This document shows positions 1 through 12,323 of a stretch of 64,000 bases of DNA, in pieces (the stretch's first letter is position 1; the number at the start of each line of letters is the position of its first letter). The stretch lies in the NCBI RefSeq assembly GCF_006345805.1, contig NC_043020.1, forward strand, positions 27,900,001 through 27,964,000, written 5' to 3'. This DNA comes from Octopus sinensis (lineage: Eukaryota). Position numbers and translations under genes: made by a program. The notes below the pieces were generated by a model. That model was not told the origin of the DNA. It was given only the letters and a program-made list of their open reading frames with translations, and ran no database searches.

Positions 1-162
1 CCAATAACTGAAACAATATAAAGAAAAAGACGAAAAGACGCGTGTGTGAGTGTATGTGTGTGTACGTATGTGGGTTCGTGTGTGTGTGTGTGTGTGTGTG
101 TATTATAGTCACATGGCAAGTACAAATTTACGCACAAGTACGCACACACACACACATGACAT

Positions 163-1319
163 TTCTTTACTACCCACAAGGGGCTAAACACAGAGGGGAC
201 AAACAAGGATTAAGTCGGTTGTATCGACTCCAGTGTGTAACTGGTACTTATTTAATCGACCCCGAAAGGATGAAAGGCAAAGTTGACCTCAGCGGAATTT
301 GAACTCAGAACGTAATAGCAGACAAGGGGCTAAACACAGAGGGGACAAACAAGGACAGACAAACGGATTAAGTCGATTATATCGACCCCAGTGCGTAACA
401 GGTACTTATTTAATCGACCTCGAAAGGATGAAAGGCAAAGTTGACCTCGGCAGAATTTGAACTCAGAACGTAATAGCAGACAAGGGGCTAAACACAGAGG
501 GGACAAACAAGACAGACAAACGGATTAAGTCGATTATATCGACCCCGTGCGAAACTGGTACTTATTTAATCGACCTCGAAAGGATGAAAGGCAAAGTTGA
601 CCTCGGCGGAATTTGAACTCAGAACGTATAGCAGACAAGTGGCTAAACACAGAGGGGACAACAAGGACAGACAACGGATTAAGTCGATTATATCGACCCC
701 AGTGCGAAACTGGTACTTATTTAATCGACCCCGAAAGGATGAAAGCAATTGACCTCGGCGGAATTTGAACTCAGAACGTAATAGCAGACAAGGGGCTAAA
801 CACAGAGGGGACAAACAGACAGACAAACGGATTAAGTCGATTATATCGACCCCAGTGCGAAACTGGTACTTATTTAATCGACCCCGAAAGGATGAAAGGC
901 AAAGTTGACCTCGGCAGAATTTGAACTCAGAACGTAATAGCAGACAAGGGGCTAAACACAGAGGGGACAAACAAGGACAGACAAACGGATTAAGTCGATT
1001 ATATCGACCCCAGTGCGAAACTGGTACTTATTTAATCGACCTCGAAAGGATGAAAGGCAAAGTTGACCTCGGCGGAATTTGAACTCAGAACGTAATAGCA
1101 GACAAGGGGCTAAACACAGAGGGGACAAACAAGGACAGACAAACGGATTAAGTCGATTATATCGACCCCAGTGCGTAACTGGTACTTATTTAATCGACCC
1201 CCGAAAGGATGAAAGGCAAAGTTGACCTCGGCGGAATTTGAACTCAGAACGTAACGGCAGACGAAATACGGCTACGCATTTCGCCCGGCGTGCTAACGTT
1301 TCTGCCAGCTCGCCGCCTT
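163..1319 (-). mobile_element. tRNA-derived SINE (family A) with its B-box-to-3' body amplified into 7 tandem ~158-bp units; 18-bp TSD
   Basis: Head GGCGGCGAGCTGGCAGAAACGTTAGCACGCCGGG near 1319 on minus, B-box-like GAGTTCAAATTCC. Units start at 181, 327, 485, 640, 793, 949, 1107. CACACACACACATGACAT flanks both sides (145-162 and 1320-1337). Confidence 0.85.
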
Positions 1320-1339
1320 CACACACACACATGACATAG

Positions 1340-1690
1340 CCACACATACGCACAGGAAATACAAAGTTACGCTTATGTACACCCACGCAACGCAGTTCTG
1401 TACACACCCGCAACGGCACACAATCGACGATGTCAACATCAACGTTTGTGTTCTCGGTCACCCAGTGACTTCGTTTCGGATGACAAGCAGCAGGGGGCGG
1501 AAACGTGTAAGCCTCACCGAGTTTTGCAATAAATACATTGTGTGTACGCATGCGCACTGACTTCCTGGGTGCGTGACTGTGTAAATGGAAACAATGAAGC
1601 AGGCAGGTCGTCCGGTTCACTCTGCAACCACTTGGTTTCGGGTTCAGTCCCAATGTTTTGTAGTGAATTTTTTAGAAGGAAACTGTATGG
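1340..1690 (+). repeat. Segment paralogous to ~15130-15490
   Basis: Shared CACCCGCAACGG..GGATGACAAGCAGCAGGGGGCGGAA..GGTTCAGTCCCA with scattered substitutions. Confidence 0.85.
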
Positions 1691-1724
1691 AAGATCGTCC
1701 TACATACATCCATATATACATAGA

Positions 1725-1826
<102 letters not shown>

Positions 1827-1912
1827 TATATATAATATATATATATGCATATATATATATATATAATATATATATATATACATACATGTATATATAGTAT
1901 ATACATATATAC

Positions 1913-1990
<78 letters not shown>

Positions 1991-2024
1991 AAGTGAAAGA
2001 AGCTCGTCGTACATATATATATAC

Positions 2025-2188
2025 ATACATACGACGGGCTTCTTTCAATTTCCGTCTACCAAATCCACTCACAAGGCTTTGGTCGGCTCGAGGCTATCGT
2101 AGAAGGCACTTGCCCAAGGTGCCATGCTGTGGGACTGAACCCGGAACCATGTGGCTGTTAAGCAAGTTACTTACCACATAGCCACTCC
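2025..2188 (-). mobile_element. tRNA-derived SINE (family B)
   Basis: Reverse complement reads GGAGTGGCTATGTGGTAAG..GGTTCCGGGTTCAGTCCC..ACCTTGGGCAAGTG. Many other copies in the window, e.g. 37757, 54110-54490, 60953. Confidence 0.8.
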
Positions 2189-2189
2189 A

Positions 2190-2430
2190 GTGCAAATAAC
2201 ATGAAATACGTAAACAAACAACGAAAAAGCGAGTGCAATGCGTAAACAACAAGAAAATAATGGAAAACAAGGCAAGTAAACAGAGGGAAAGGACCCTCCA
2301 TCAGTTGTCGGCTCTCTATCAACTCCACATTTACTGTATTTGTCCTGTTTCAATTTTTTCTTGTTGTTTACGTATTTCATATGTTATTTGCACAGTTGGT
2401 GATGTCCTGTACCCATACATGCGTATATAA
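2190..2430. repeat. Short fold-back dispersed element ending GTCCTGTACCCATA
   Basis: GTGCAAATAACATGAAATACGTAAACAA pairs imperfectly with TTGTTTACGTATTTCATATGTTATTTGCAC. The same end motif recurs near 14341, 52000, 52838 and 56968, always beside TA-rich tracts. Confidence 0.55.
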
Positions 2431-2431
2431 C

Positions 2432-4465
2432 CCTGAACCTGACACCTCCACACTCATTCGTCTGGCCGAACTTGTCCTTACTCTCAACTGCTTCTCGTTC
2501 ACGGCCGAGTTCTACCAACTATGCGAACCTGTTCGTTGGCTATGTTGAGGCCCAAATATTCTCTAATTTCACTGGTCCCACTCCTGAACTATACGGTCGT
2601 TACATTGACGACATTATCGGTGCCACCTCACTCTCCCGTGAACATCTAGATTCCTTCCTCTCTTTCGTTCAATCTTTCCATCCAGCCCTCCACTTCACCT
2701 CCACTATCTCCAACACCTCTGTCTCCTTCTTCGACATTTCGGTCAGCATTCTTCACTCCACTCTTACCACCTCCATTCACTACAAACACACAGACTCACA
2801 CTCATACCTCAACTTCTCTTCCTCCCACCCAGAACACACCAAGCTTTCCATCCACTATTCCCAATTCCTCCGTCTACGTAGGCTCTGTAGTGACGACCAT
2901 GACTTTGAGACTCAGTCTCAACGTATGACTCACCACTTCATCCTACGTGGATAGCCTCTCACCACTATCCACACCGCCCTTGCCAGAGCACGTTCCGTAG
3001 ACCGTGCATCTGCTCTCTCTCCCCGAACCCGCCCTGTAGTCTCCCGCCTCCCTTTTCCCCTCACTTACCACCCCACAACCCTACCTCTCCAACGCACCAT
3101 TCTTCGAGCTTTCCGGCATCTCCAGTCCGACCCGTCCACTTCACACCTCTTCCCTAACCGACCCTTCCCCTCTTTCAAACGAGCCCATAACCTACGAGAC
3201 CTTTTGGTCCATAGCTCCTTCCCTGACCCTACCTCCCAACCTGGCTCGTTCCCCTGCTCCCGCCCACGTTGCCGCACTTGCCCTTACCTCTCCAACACCA
3301 CCCTCCTCACTGGCACCCATCATCGACCCTATCGCATCATCAACTCCTTCACCTGCACCTCCAGCAATATCATCTATTGCATCTCCTGCTCTCTCTCTCT
3401 GCCATTCCCTGTAAATCGGACAAACGGGACGCCGCTTGGCTGACCGGTTCGCGGAACACCTCCGTGACATCCGCCTTGCCAACGACACACCGGTCTCACG
3501 CCATTTCCGCTCCACCGGTCACTCCTTGCAACACCTGCCTGTGTTTGGATTGTCCTTGCACAGAGGCCATCCGGATTCCCGCTTGCGCCATGAACAGAAA
3601 TTAATCTTCTCTCTTCGCTCTTTACGTTTTCGCCCATTTGTCTCAACTCCTCCCCCCTCCTCCATCTACCTCCCCCCCCCGACCCCTACTTCTCTTCAGT
3701 CTTCATCCTTCATCCTTGTCACCCCTACTCCTCTTCCCTCTCCCTCTTCCCTTCCCCTTTCTCTCTGGCTCCCTCACTCCCCTTCTCTCTCTCCCCCTCT
3801 CCCCTCTATCCTCCCTCCTCCTCTCCCTCCTCTTCTCCTCTCCTTCCTTCTCCCCCTTCCCCTCCTCTTTCCTTCTCCCCCCTCATCTCATCTCATCTCC
3901 CCCTTCACTCTCTCCCCCTTACCCTCCCCCTCTTCCCCCTCTCCCCCTCATCTCCTCTCTCTACACTACACCATACGACTTTACACATTACCCCCTCCCC
4001 TCCCTCTTCCCTCATCTCCTCTCTCTACACTACACCATACGACTTTACACATCACATCATATATACATACACACGTCCAGACCTCTCATACGCACTAATA
4101 CTCTCTCATACACACACACACCTCTCTCATACACACACACACACTCTTATGTTGGAGCGAGGTCATTTAACCCTATTATCTCCCCTAATTTCGCTCTTGC
4201 GTCTCACGTTTGATCTTTGACTTCTGGCCGAAATCAGATCGCCATGTTGATTCGCTAGCCTCTGCACGCATTTTTTTTCTCTCCTTCTTTCGTGTTTCTT
4301 CTTCTCTGTGTATCTTTCTGTTGAAGAGCGTGGGCTCGAAACGTTAAAGACTTGTTTTATTTATATTTCCTGAGCGCCATACTAATACAATGTTTGTTTG
4401 TATTCCACCTGCCTTCGTCTTTTGTTTATTTCCGTAAACCTGCCTTCGTCTTTTGTCTATTTTCA
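2432..4465 (+). mobile_element. Penelope-like element (PLE), 5'-truncated and defective: RT C-terminus + GIY-YIG endonuclease + terminal repeat-like end
   Basis: Translations ELVLTLNCFSF, YANLFVG, RYIDDI, HYKHTDSHSYLNFSSSHP, YSQFLRLRRLCSD; Cys-rich CSRPRCRTC and FTCTSSNIIYCISC; LADRFAEHLRDI..PVSRHF..EQKLIFSLRSL. The RT GxAMG motif is deleted and frameshifts are present. Ends in (TA)n at ~4460. Confidence 0.9.
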
Positions 4466-4497
4466 TAAGCTTCCCGTTATATATACATATATATGTT

Positions 4498-4573
<76 letters not shown>

Positions 4574-4648
4574 TAGTATATATATATATCATATATATAA
4601 CATATATATATATATAGATAATCATATATATATATATATATAATATAT

Positions 4649-4688
<40 letters not shown>

Positions 4689-4719
4689 ATATTATATACA
4701 TAATATATACATATATATA

Positions 4720-4754
<35 letters not shown>

Positions 4755-4789
4755 GATATATATATATATAATATATATTATATATATAT

Positions 4790-7700
4790 ACGTGGATTAA
4801 CTGTTGAAGTGGACGGACGTCTATTTGTTTCTCTCCAATTCAGTAGCAAGCTACACAGCTTCAAAACTAACTGACCTTAAATATATATATATTTGTAACC
4901 ACGTGTTTGCCTACAAACCCGTAAGTACGTTTTCATTTAACTACAAATTGTTATAATCAACTGTTTTTCTTTTAATATCCTCAAACAACCAAATAATCAA
5001 AACTCACACCCACACCTTAAGAGAGAACATTTATATATATATACACTTCTTTAACTCCCAAGAAAGAATATATATATTTTCAAAAATCAAAAGGAAACAA
5101 ACAAAAGAAAAACAAACATGACTAACTTGCAGGCCTGCAACAGACGAAATTGGTCTGATAACGAAATTGATGTTTTAATAAACACATGGCTCTCTCTTTC
5201 CCAACAGAAAATCTAAATGTCTTGTGTTTGAATGAGATTGCCGAAAAAATATCACAAGTGGTCACACACGATCCGTCAAACAGATTCGTAGCAAGTTGAA
5301 ACATATCGAAGTATCTTTCAAACTGATAAGAGGCCATTATGAAAAGCTTCTACATATTTTCACAGTTCAAGAACAACAACAGCTAGAAAATCAGCAGCCA
5401 CAACAACAACAACAACAGAATGAGCCACTCCTGGTTCCCAGCACAATGGCTGACCCTGACATCGGTCAGACACAACACAACAACAACAGCCACAGCAACA
5501 AGAACAACAAACAGCCCACTCCTCAACTCTAGCTTACTAGACGATTCAGTAAATGCCAGTATCTTTTCACCGCTCTCACAGCAACCACACAATTATCATC
5601 ATCATCATCACCACCGCTGCCACCATCGTCTTCTATCACCAAAAATACACGACAGAAAACCAAATAAGAAACCACTGCCCTCTTCCCCCACATCACCACC
5701 TCAATACTACTGCAGTAACAAAAACTTAAAGAAACATAGGAAGCAGAATGCGCCCTCCACGGCACAAACAAGATCCCCAAATATGCCGCTATTCACTGCG
5801 CCAGAGACTCTGCACAAATAGTGACTGCATCTTCACGCATCTACCCGGCACTAGACGCACTACCGGCCAAGGCCAAAGCACGCATCCCACAATAACATCA
5901 ACACCACCAAATAGTAAATCGAAATTCAAAAACACACACAACTCGGAGTCCCAAAATCTGCCGGTATTCCCAACGTGAGAGAACATGTCTACTGAGTGAC
6001 TGTCCCTTCACTCATCTTCCAGGGACCCGACGCACAAACAGAAACGGGCCTCAAGCCAACACACAAACCTGAATAACAATAAAAATAGAAACACACCATG
6101 CTGCAGTAATGCTGGTCCAGTCTTTTCAGGAAGACACAAAAACAACAACAACAAAAGTGGAACCTACAACCCTATCCACAGTGCAACCACACCTCCAGCC
6201 AAAACTGCTCCCTAAGCAGGAAAATTCTTTTTTAGCCATGTTGAACATGGCAAAAGAGATACACAAAACATTCTAGCCATCACTCAACACCATCCTATGC
6301 TATTACCCCAGTGCACCAATTCCCCACATTGCTGCCACTAACACACACAAAAAATCCAAGCCCCCTGCAACAGTCAAAACCAGCCACTACACTAACCTCC
6401 ACATTCCTACTCAATGCACAAGGTGTCAGCCCTCCATCAATGCACAAAAATGGAAGGTCCAATTCATTGAAGACTGGGTTGGTAACCATTCACACCACAT
6501 CCCTTTCTTCATTCTCACTGAGACCACCTTGACAACTCCCACTTGGAAGCGAAGTGAGAGTGAAGAATTTCACAACCATCCGCGCGGATCGTATCGGCGG
6601 CAGAGGAAGGGTGGAACTGCCATTTTCCTGCATGATTCATTTACGGCAGATGGAAATAGTATATTCTCCAACGGCTACTGTGAATCAGTCACCGTGCACA
6701 ACAAAGCCAATGACCTGACAGTAATTGGGCTCTATAGCCGCCCCAAAAACACCATACTGTGCTTTAAAGAATGCCTCAACAGCATTAAGTGCTTTATTCA
6801 ACAGTGCCATTCTAGCAACATACTCATGATGGGAGACTTCAATCTACCCTGTGTTGACTGGACTACAAACTGTTTGAAACCAAGCACTCCCGCCTCAACG
6901 CTGACAAAGAAGCAGCAGAGTCACTTTTCGACTTTACGAATGAGTTTTTCTTGTCCCCACTTGTCCTTGCACCAACAAGACATCAGAACATTTTGGACCT
7001 AGTGTTTAGTAACCACACTAACACTATACATAACGTTACAGTGGAAAAAACCCTTCTTTCAGACCATGACATGGTTCTCTGTAACATGAAATTCCACCAG
7101 CCGAAAGCTAATCCTAGTGACCTTCCTCCAGCCCACCCATTTGACAACATGGATCTCCATAAAGCCAACTGGGATGCAATCAGGAACGAGCTATCAAATG
7201 TTGACTGGTCCTTTACACATACACACATCTCCACCAACCAAAAACATCTTGGCAGATCTTTGTAGACACCGTCACAGACATATGTGCAAAACACTCCCCA
7301 CCAAGACCTGTGAACAAAAAGTGCAGAATCCCCCAAAACAGAAAAACCATTATCAGAAAAATAAAAAGAACAAACAAAAAATTAACAAACTAAAGTACTG
7401 CCAACAGCAACACACACATTCGACGACGCTATCGCACTGCTTGAATCCAAAAAATATAACCTCCAACAATGCATGAAGACCCTCATCAATAACCAAAGAT
7501 CAGCTGAGGAGAAGTGGGCCATTGAAAAAATCAAACTCAACCCCAAAGTGTTCTTTTCATTTGCGAGGAAATGCAGGGTCACTGTCTCCACTGTAGGCCC
7601 TCTAATTGACGAAACTGGCACTCTCCAAGATAATGCCAAATCCATGGCCGAGATACTGCAGAAACAATACTGCTCTGTTTTCAGCAATCCTGATATGGCC

Positions 7701-9420
7701 GATCTGGGCTGTATCAGTGATGTCAACCCCAACACACTATATCGGACATAACGTTTAGTGCCCCTGATGTCTTAGCGGCGATAAACGAATAAAACACAAT
7801 TCAGCAGTAGGCCCCGATAGGTTCCCTGCTTGGTCCTGAAGGTGGTGTCGACACCAACTTGCATCCCCTTGCTAATCTGTGGAGAAACTCACTGGATGCT
7901 GGCTATATTCCAAAAAACCTTCTGTCCCAGTCTGTTGTCCCAGTTTTCAAAAGGGAAACAAGTCCCTTGCAGTGAATTACCGTCCGATCTCACTCACCTC
8001 TCATATCATCAAGGTATTTGAGAGGGTGGTGAGATCTCGAATAACCCAATTTCTGGAAAGCAACAGACGGCTGATCTCCAACCAACATGGGTTCCGTATG
8101 GAAGGGACTGCCTAACGCAGCTCCTGCATCACTTTGAGGACATTTTGAGAGCTTTGGGAGAGGGCTCCAACACCGATGTCATCTACCTTGATTTCAGTAA
8201 GGCCTTCGACAGGGTCGATCACAAGATCCTATTGAAAAACTATCCAACATTGGTGTCTCTGGAAAGTTACTGAAATGGATTAAGTGTTACCTACGACAGA
8301 CAGATCTCAACATGTTGTAGTTAAGGGGTAAAATCAAGCCCAGCCAAAGTCAGTAGTGGCGTTCCGCAAGGCACTGTGCTGGGCCCACTTCTTTTCATCA
8401 TTTACATTAATGACATTAATGACATCATCAAGCACAGCAACATAAAAATCTTTGCAGATGACTCCAAGCTACAGAAGGTCATAAATGAGGCGAGTGACCG
8501 GACATGCCTTCAGTCAGATCTACTGGCTGTTATCCAATGGGCAGAAAAAACCAATATGCTGCTGAACGAGGATAAATTTGAGCTAATCCACTTTGGAAAA
8601 GAGGATGCCCTGAAACCCCCATACTCCCTTCCTTCAGGTGAAACTCTCGCGGCGTCCAACAACATCAGAGACTGGGAGTAATTGTGGACAACAACGTAAG
8701 CTGGGCCACTCATATAAACACCAAAAGTTGACATGGCCCGCAGAATGTGTTCCTGGATTCTCAGAACTTTCCAGTCGAGAGATATCCACACCATTATCCT
8801 TCTCTTCTCCTCCACTTTTCCCGACCCCACCCTGAATACTGTTGTCCACTGTGGTCTCCCCACACAATACAAGGTATCATAAAAGTTGAAGCACCTCAAA
8901 GGGCAATCACAAAAAAGATAGATGGCATGACAGGCCTCGACTATTGGGGTCGGCTAGAAAAGCTAAAACTCTATTCTCTCCAACGTCGTCGTGAGCGCTA
9001 CATCATCTGCATGATGTGGAAAATATTCCATCAGCATTGCCCAAATGATGTTGGCATCACCTTTAAGGTACATCCAAGGCTTGGGCCCCGTGCCATCCGC
9101 CCAAAACAAAAATCGCACTCTCATCTCATAACAACAATACGGCACAATTATTTCACCTCAATTGGCCCCGCTCTCTTTAAACATTACACCAAACACATTA
9201 AAACAGAAACTGACCCTATAGGGTTCAAGAAGTCTTTGGACAGATTCCTTCAAGAATCCCGGATAAACCCCCTACACCTGGATATGTCTCTGTAAACAAT
9301 AACTCTCTACTTGAGTGGGCCATAGTGCTCAAATTCTGACTTGAAAGACTTCACCAGGTGGTGCTATTAAGTTAGACATGGCCTGGGCCAATAATGGCCG
9401 AAACCTATCAAAGTATCAAA
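4790..9420 (+). mobile_element. CR1/L2-group LINE, near full length, frameshifted; ORF1 remnants + APE endonuclease + RT
   Basis: EN motifs LLNAQG, RKGGTAIF, MGDFNLP, PTRHQNILDLVFSN, SDHDMV. RT motifs NYRPISLTSHIIKVFER, NQHGFR, YLDFSKAFDRVDH, GVPQGTVLGPLLF, FADDSKL. C-terminal EYCCPLWSPH..LYSLQRRRER. (TATCAAAG)2 tail; (TA)n on both sides. Confidence 0.9.
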
Positions 9421-9457
<37 letters not shown>

Positions 9458-9524
9458 TATTTATATATATATATATACACACACACATATATATTATATA
9501 TGTTTTATATATATATATATATAT

Positions 9525-9906
9525 ATGGATGGATGGAAGCACTCCGTCGGTTACGACGATGAGGGTTCCGGTTGATCCGAATCAACGGAAACAGCCTGCT
9601 CGTGAAATTAACGTGTAAGTGGCTGAAACACTCCACAGACACGTGCACCCTTAACGTAGTTCTCGGGGATATTCAGCGTGACACAGAGAGTGACAAGGCC
9701 GGCCCCTTGAAATACAGGTACAACAGAAACAGGAAGTAAGAGTGAGAGAAAGTTGTGGTGAAAGAGTACAGCAGGGATCACCACCATCCCCTGCCGGAGC
9801 CTTGTGGAGCTTTTAGGTGTTTTTGCTCAATAAACACTCACAATGCCCGGTCTGGGAATCGAAACCGCGATCCTATGACCGCGAGTCCGCTGCGTTAATC
9901 ACTGGG
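9525..9906 (-). mobile_element. tRNA-derived SINE (separate family)
   Basis: Minus-strand head CCCAGTGATTAACGCAGCGGACTCGCGGTCATAGGATCGCGGTTTCGATTCCCAGACCGGG with A/B-box-like motifs, followed by a non-tRNA body. Confidence 0.7.
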
Positions 9907-9909
9907 CAT

Positions 9910-9947
<38 letters not shown>

Positions 9948-10068
9948 TAACAATTAAGGAACGGCCATAATAGGCCATTCACCCACTAGAAATAACAGCC
10001 AAAGCTTCTACCGCAAATAAAGATTAATTCCGTAAACAGGAGAAAATTAAAAAAACATTTACCCTGTA

Positions 10069-10174
10069 ATTTCTTGTACGGTATACCGTTTCATCCGCTG
10101 TTTAATGGTAAACTAACCTGATTAATTAAATCAAGCCAATCTTCCATAAGCCCTCGGATTCTTCAGCAAGAAAT
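10069..10174 (-). ncRNA. Type I hammerhead ribozyme, intact copy
   Basis: ATTTCTTG-CTGAAGA-ATCCG..CGGAT-GAAA-CGG TATA CCG-TA/CAAGAAAT. 8-bp stem I, full core, GUA cleavage triplet; predicted cut between 10077 and 10076. Confidence 0.88.
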
Positions 10175-10556
10175 AGCTCAAGTCGGAACAGATATTTACA
10201 CGAGGCATACCCAATCTTGCCAAGTCAATATCTGACCTAAAATTTTCAAATCGTCGCACTCGCGCCAAATTTATCGGCAGCAAATAAATATCAGCCGTCG
10301 ATTCCATTACGGAATTAACCAAAAAATTCATAATTAATCAATATAGGGTGGCAAGGAAAATTTTGTAGAATTTTATTGCCACCAGCGGCCCAGTGGGAAA
10401 AAATAAATAGTCATAGACCATTTTTAAGTTCAACATTAACAATTAAGGAACGGCCATAATAGGCCATTCACCCACTAGAAATAACAGCCAAAGCTTACTA
10501 CCGCAAATAAGATTAAATCCGTAAACAGGAGAAAATTAAAAAACATTTACCCTGTA

Positions 10557-10660
10557 ATTTCTTGTACGGTATACCGTTTCATCCGCTGTTTAATGGTAAA
10601 CTAACCTGATTAAATAAATCAAGCCAATCTCCATAAGCCCTCGGATTCTCAGCAAGAAAT
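10557..10660 (-). ncRNA. Type I hammerhead copy with 1-nt core deletion
   Basis: Core reads CTGAGA instead of CTGAAGA; stems intact. Mutation or sequencing error. Confidence 0.6.
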
Positions 10661-11043
10661 AGCTCAAGTCGGAACAGATATTTACACGAGGCATACCCAA
10701 TCTTGCCAAGTCAATATCTGACCTAAAATTTTCAAATCGTCGCACTCGCGCCAAATTTATCGGCAGCAAATAAATATCAGCCGTCGATTCCATTACGGAA
10801 TTAACCAAAAAATTCATAATTAATCAATATAGGGTGGCAAGGAAAATTTTGTAGAATTTTATTGCCACCAGCGGCCCAGTGGGAAAAAATTAAATAGTCA
10901 TAGACCATTTTTAAGTTCAACATTAACAATTAAGGAACGGCCATAATAGGCCATTCACCCACTAGAAATAACAGCCAAAGCTTCTACCGCAAATAAAGAT
11001 TAATTCCGTAAACAGAGAAAATTAAAAAAACATTTACCCTGTA

Positions 11044-11150
11044 ATTTCTTGTACGGTATACCGTTTCATCCGCTGTTTAATGGTAAACTAACCTGATTAA
11101 ATTAAATCAAGCCAATCTTCCATAAGCCCTCGGATTCTTCAGCAAGAAAT
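11044..11150 (-). ncRNA. Type I hammerhead ribozyme, intact copy
   Basis: Same stems and core as 10069-10174. Confidence 0.88.
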
Positions 11151-11528
11151 AGCTCAAGTCGGAACAGATATTTAACGAGGCATACCCAATCTTGCCAAGT
11201 CAATATCTGACCTAAAATTTTCAAATCGTCGCACTCGCGCCAAATTTATCGGCAGCAAATAAATATCAGCCGTCGATTCCATTACGGAATTAACCAAAAA
11301 ATTCATAATAATCAATATAGGGTGGCAGGAAAATTTTGTAGAATTTTATTGCCACCAGCGGCCCAGTGGGAAAAAATTAATAGTCATAGACCATTTTTAA
11401 GTTCAACATTAACAATTAAGGAACGGCCATAATAGGCCATTCACCCACTAAAATAACAGCCAAAGCTTCTACCGCAATAAGATTAATTCCGTAAAACGGG
11501 AGAAAATTAAAAAAACATTTACCCTGTA

Positions 11529-11639
11529 ATTTCTGTGTACGGTATACCGTTTTTTCATCCGCTGTTTAATGGTAAACTAACCTGATTAAATTAAATCAAG
11601 CCAATCTTCCATAAGCCCTCGGATTCTTCAGCAAGAAAT
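11529..11639 (-). ncRNA. Type I hammerhead copy, damaged
   Basis: Extra As in the GAAA segment and an insertion in the 3' strand of stem I. Confidence 0.5.
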
Positions 11640-12019
11640 AGCTCAAGTCGGAACAGATATTTACCAGCATACCCAATCTTGCCAAGTCAATATCTGACCT
11701 AAAATTTTCAAATCGTCGCACTCGCGCCAAATTTATCGGCAGCAAATAAATATCAGCCGTCGATTCCATTACGGAATTACCAAAAAATTCATAATTAATC
11801 AATATAGGGTGGCAAGGAAAATTTTGTAGAATTTTATTGCCACCAGCGGCCCAGTGGGAAAAAATTAAATAGTCATAGACCATTTTTTAAGTTCAACATT
11901 AACAATTAAGGAACGGCCATAATAGGAGGCTTCACCCACTAGAAATAACAGCCAAAGCTTCTACCGCAAATAAGATTAATTCCGTAAACAGGAGAAAATT
12001 AAAAAAACATTTACCTGTA

Positions 12020-12126
12020 ATTTCTTGTACGGTATACCGTTTCATCCGCTGTTTAATGGTAAACTAACCTGATTAAATTAAATCAAGCCAATCTTCCATA
12101 AGCCCTCGGATTCTTCAGCAAGAAAT
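12020..12126 (-). ncRNA. Type I hammerhead ribozyme, intact copy abutting the inversion junction
   Basis: All stems and core intact. The first base of stem I is the last base before the strand switch at 12127. Confidence 0.88.
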
Positions 12127-12217
12127 GCGCGAGTGCGACGATTTGAAAATTTTAGGTCAGATATTGACTTGGCAAGATTGGGTATGCCTCGTGTAAATAT
12201 CTGTTCCGACTTGAGCT

Positions 12218-12323
12218 ATTTCTGCTGAAGAATCCGAGGGCTTATGGAAGATTGGCTTGATTTAATTTAATCAGGTTAGTTTACCATTAAACAGCGGATG
12301 AAACGGTATACCGTACAAGAAAT
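12218..12323 (+). ncRNA. Type I hammerhead copy, 1-nt deletion in stem I
   Basis: ATTTCTG-CTGAAGA-ATCCG..CGGAT-GAAACGGTATACCGTA-CAAGAAAT. Confidence 0.75.

Larger units (their letters stand above)
9947..12126 (-). repeat. Left arm of hammerhead-ribozyme tandem array, ~4.5 units of ~488 bp (retrozyme-like)
   Basis: Unit starts TTAACAATTAAGG at 9947, 10436, 10923, 11409, 11899. Units differ almost only by 1-nt indels. Each carries a type I hammerhead on the minus strand. Confidence 0.92.

Noticed and set aside
1200-1319. Possible tRNA genes at SINE heads (also ~9850-9906, 47390, 55400)
   Set aside because: Only A/B-box-like heads fused to SINE bodies; no convincing cloverleaf.
3436-4213. Pro/Ser/Leu-rich ORFs of 191-220 aa
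   Set aside because: Beyond the GIY-YIG end they translate a C/T-rich low-complexity tail of the PLE.
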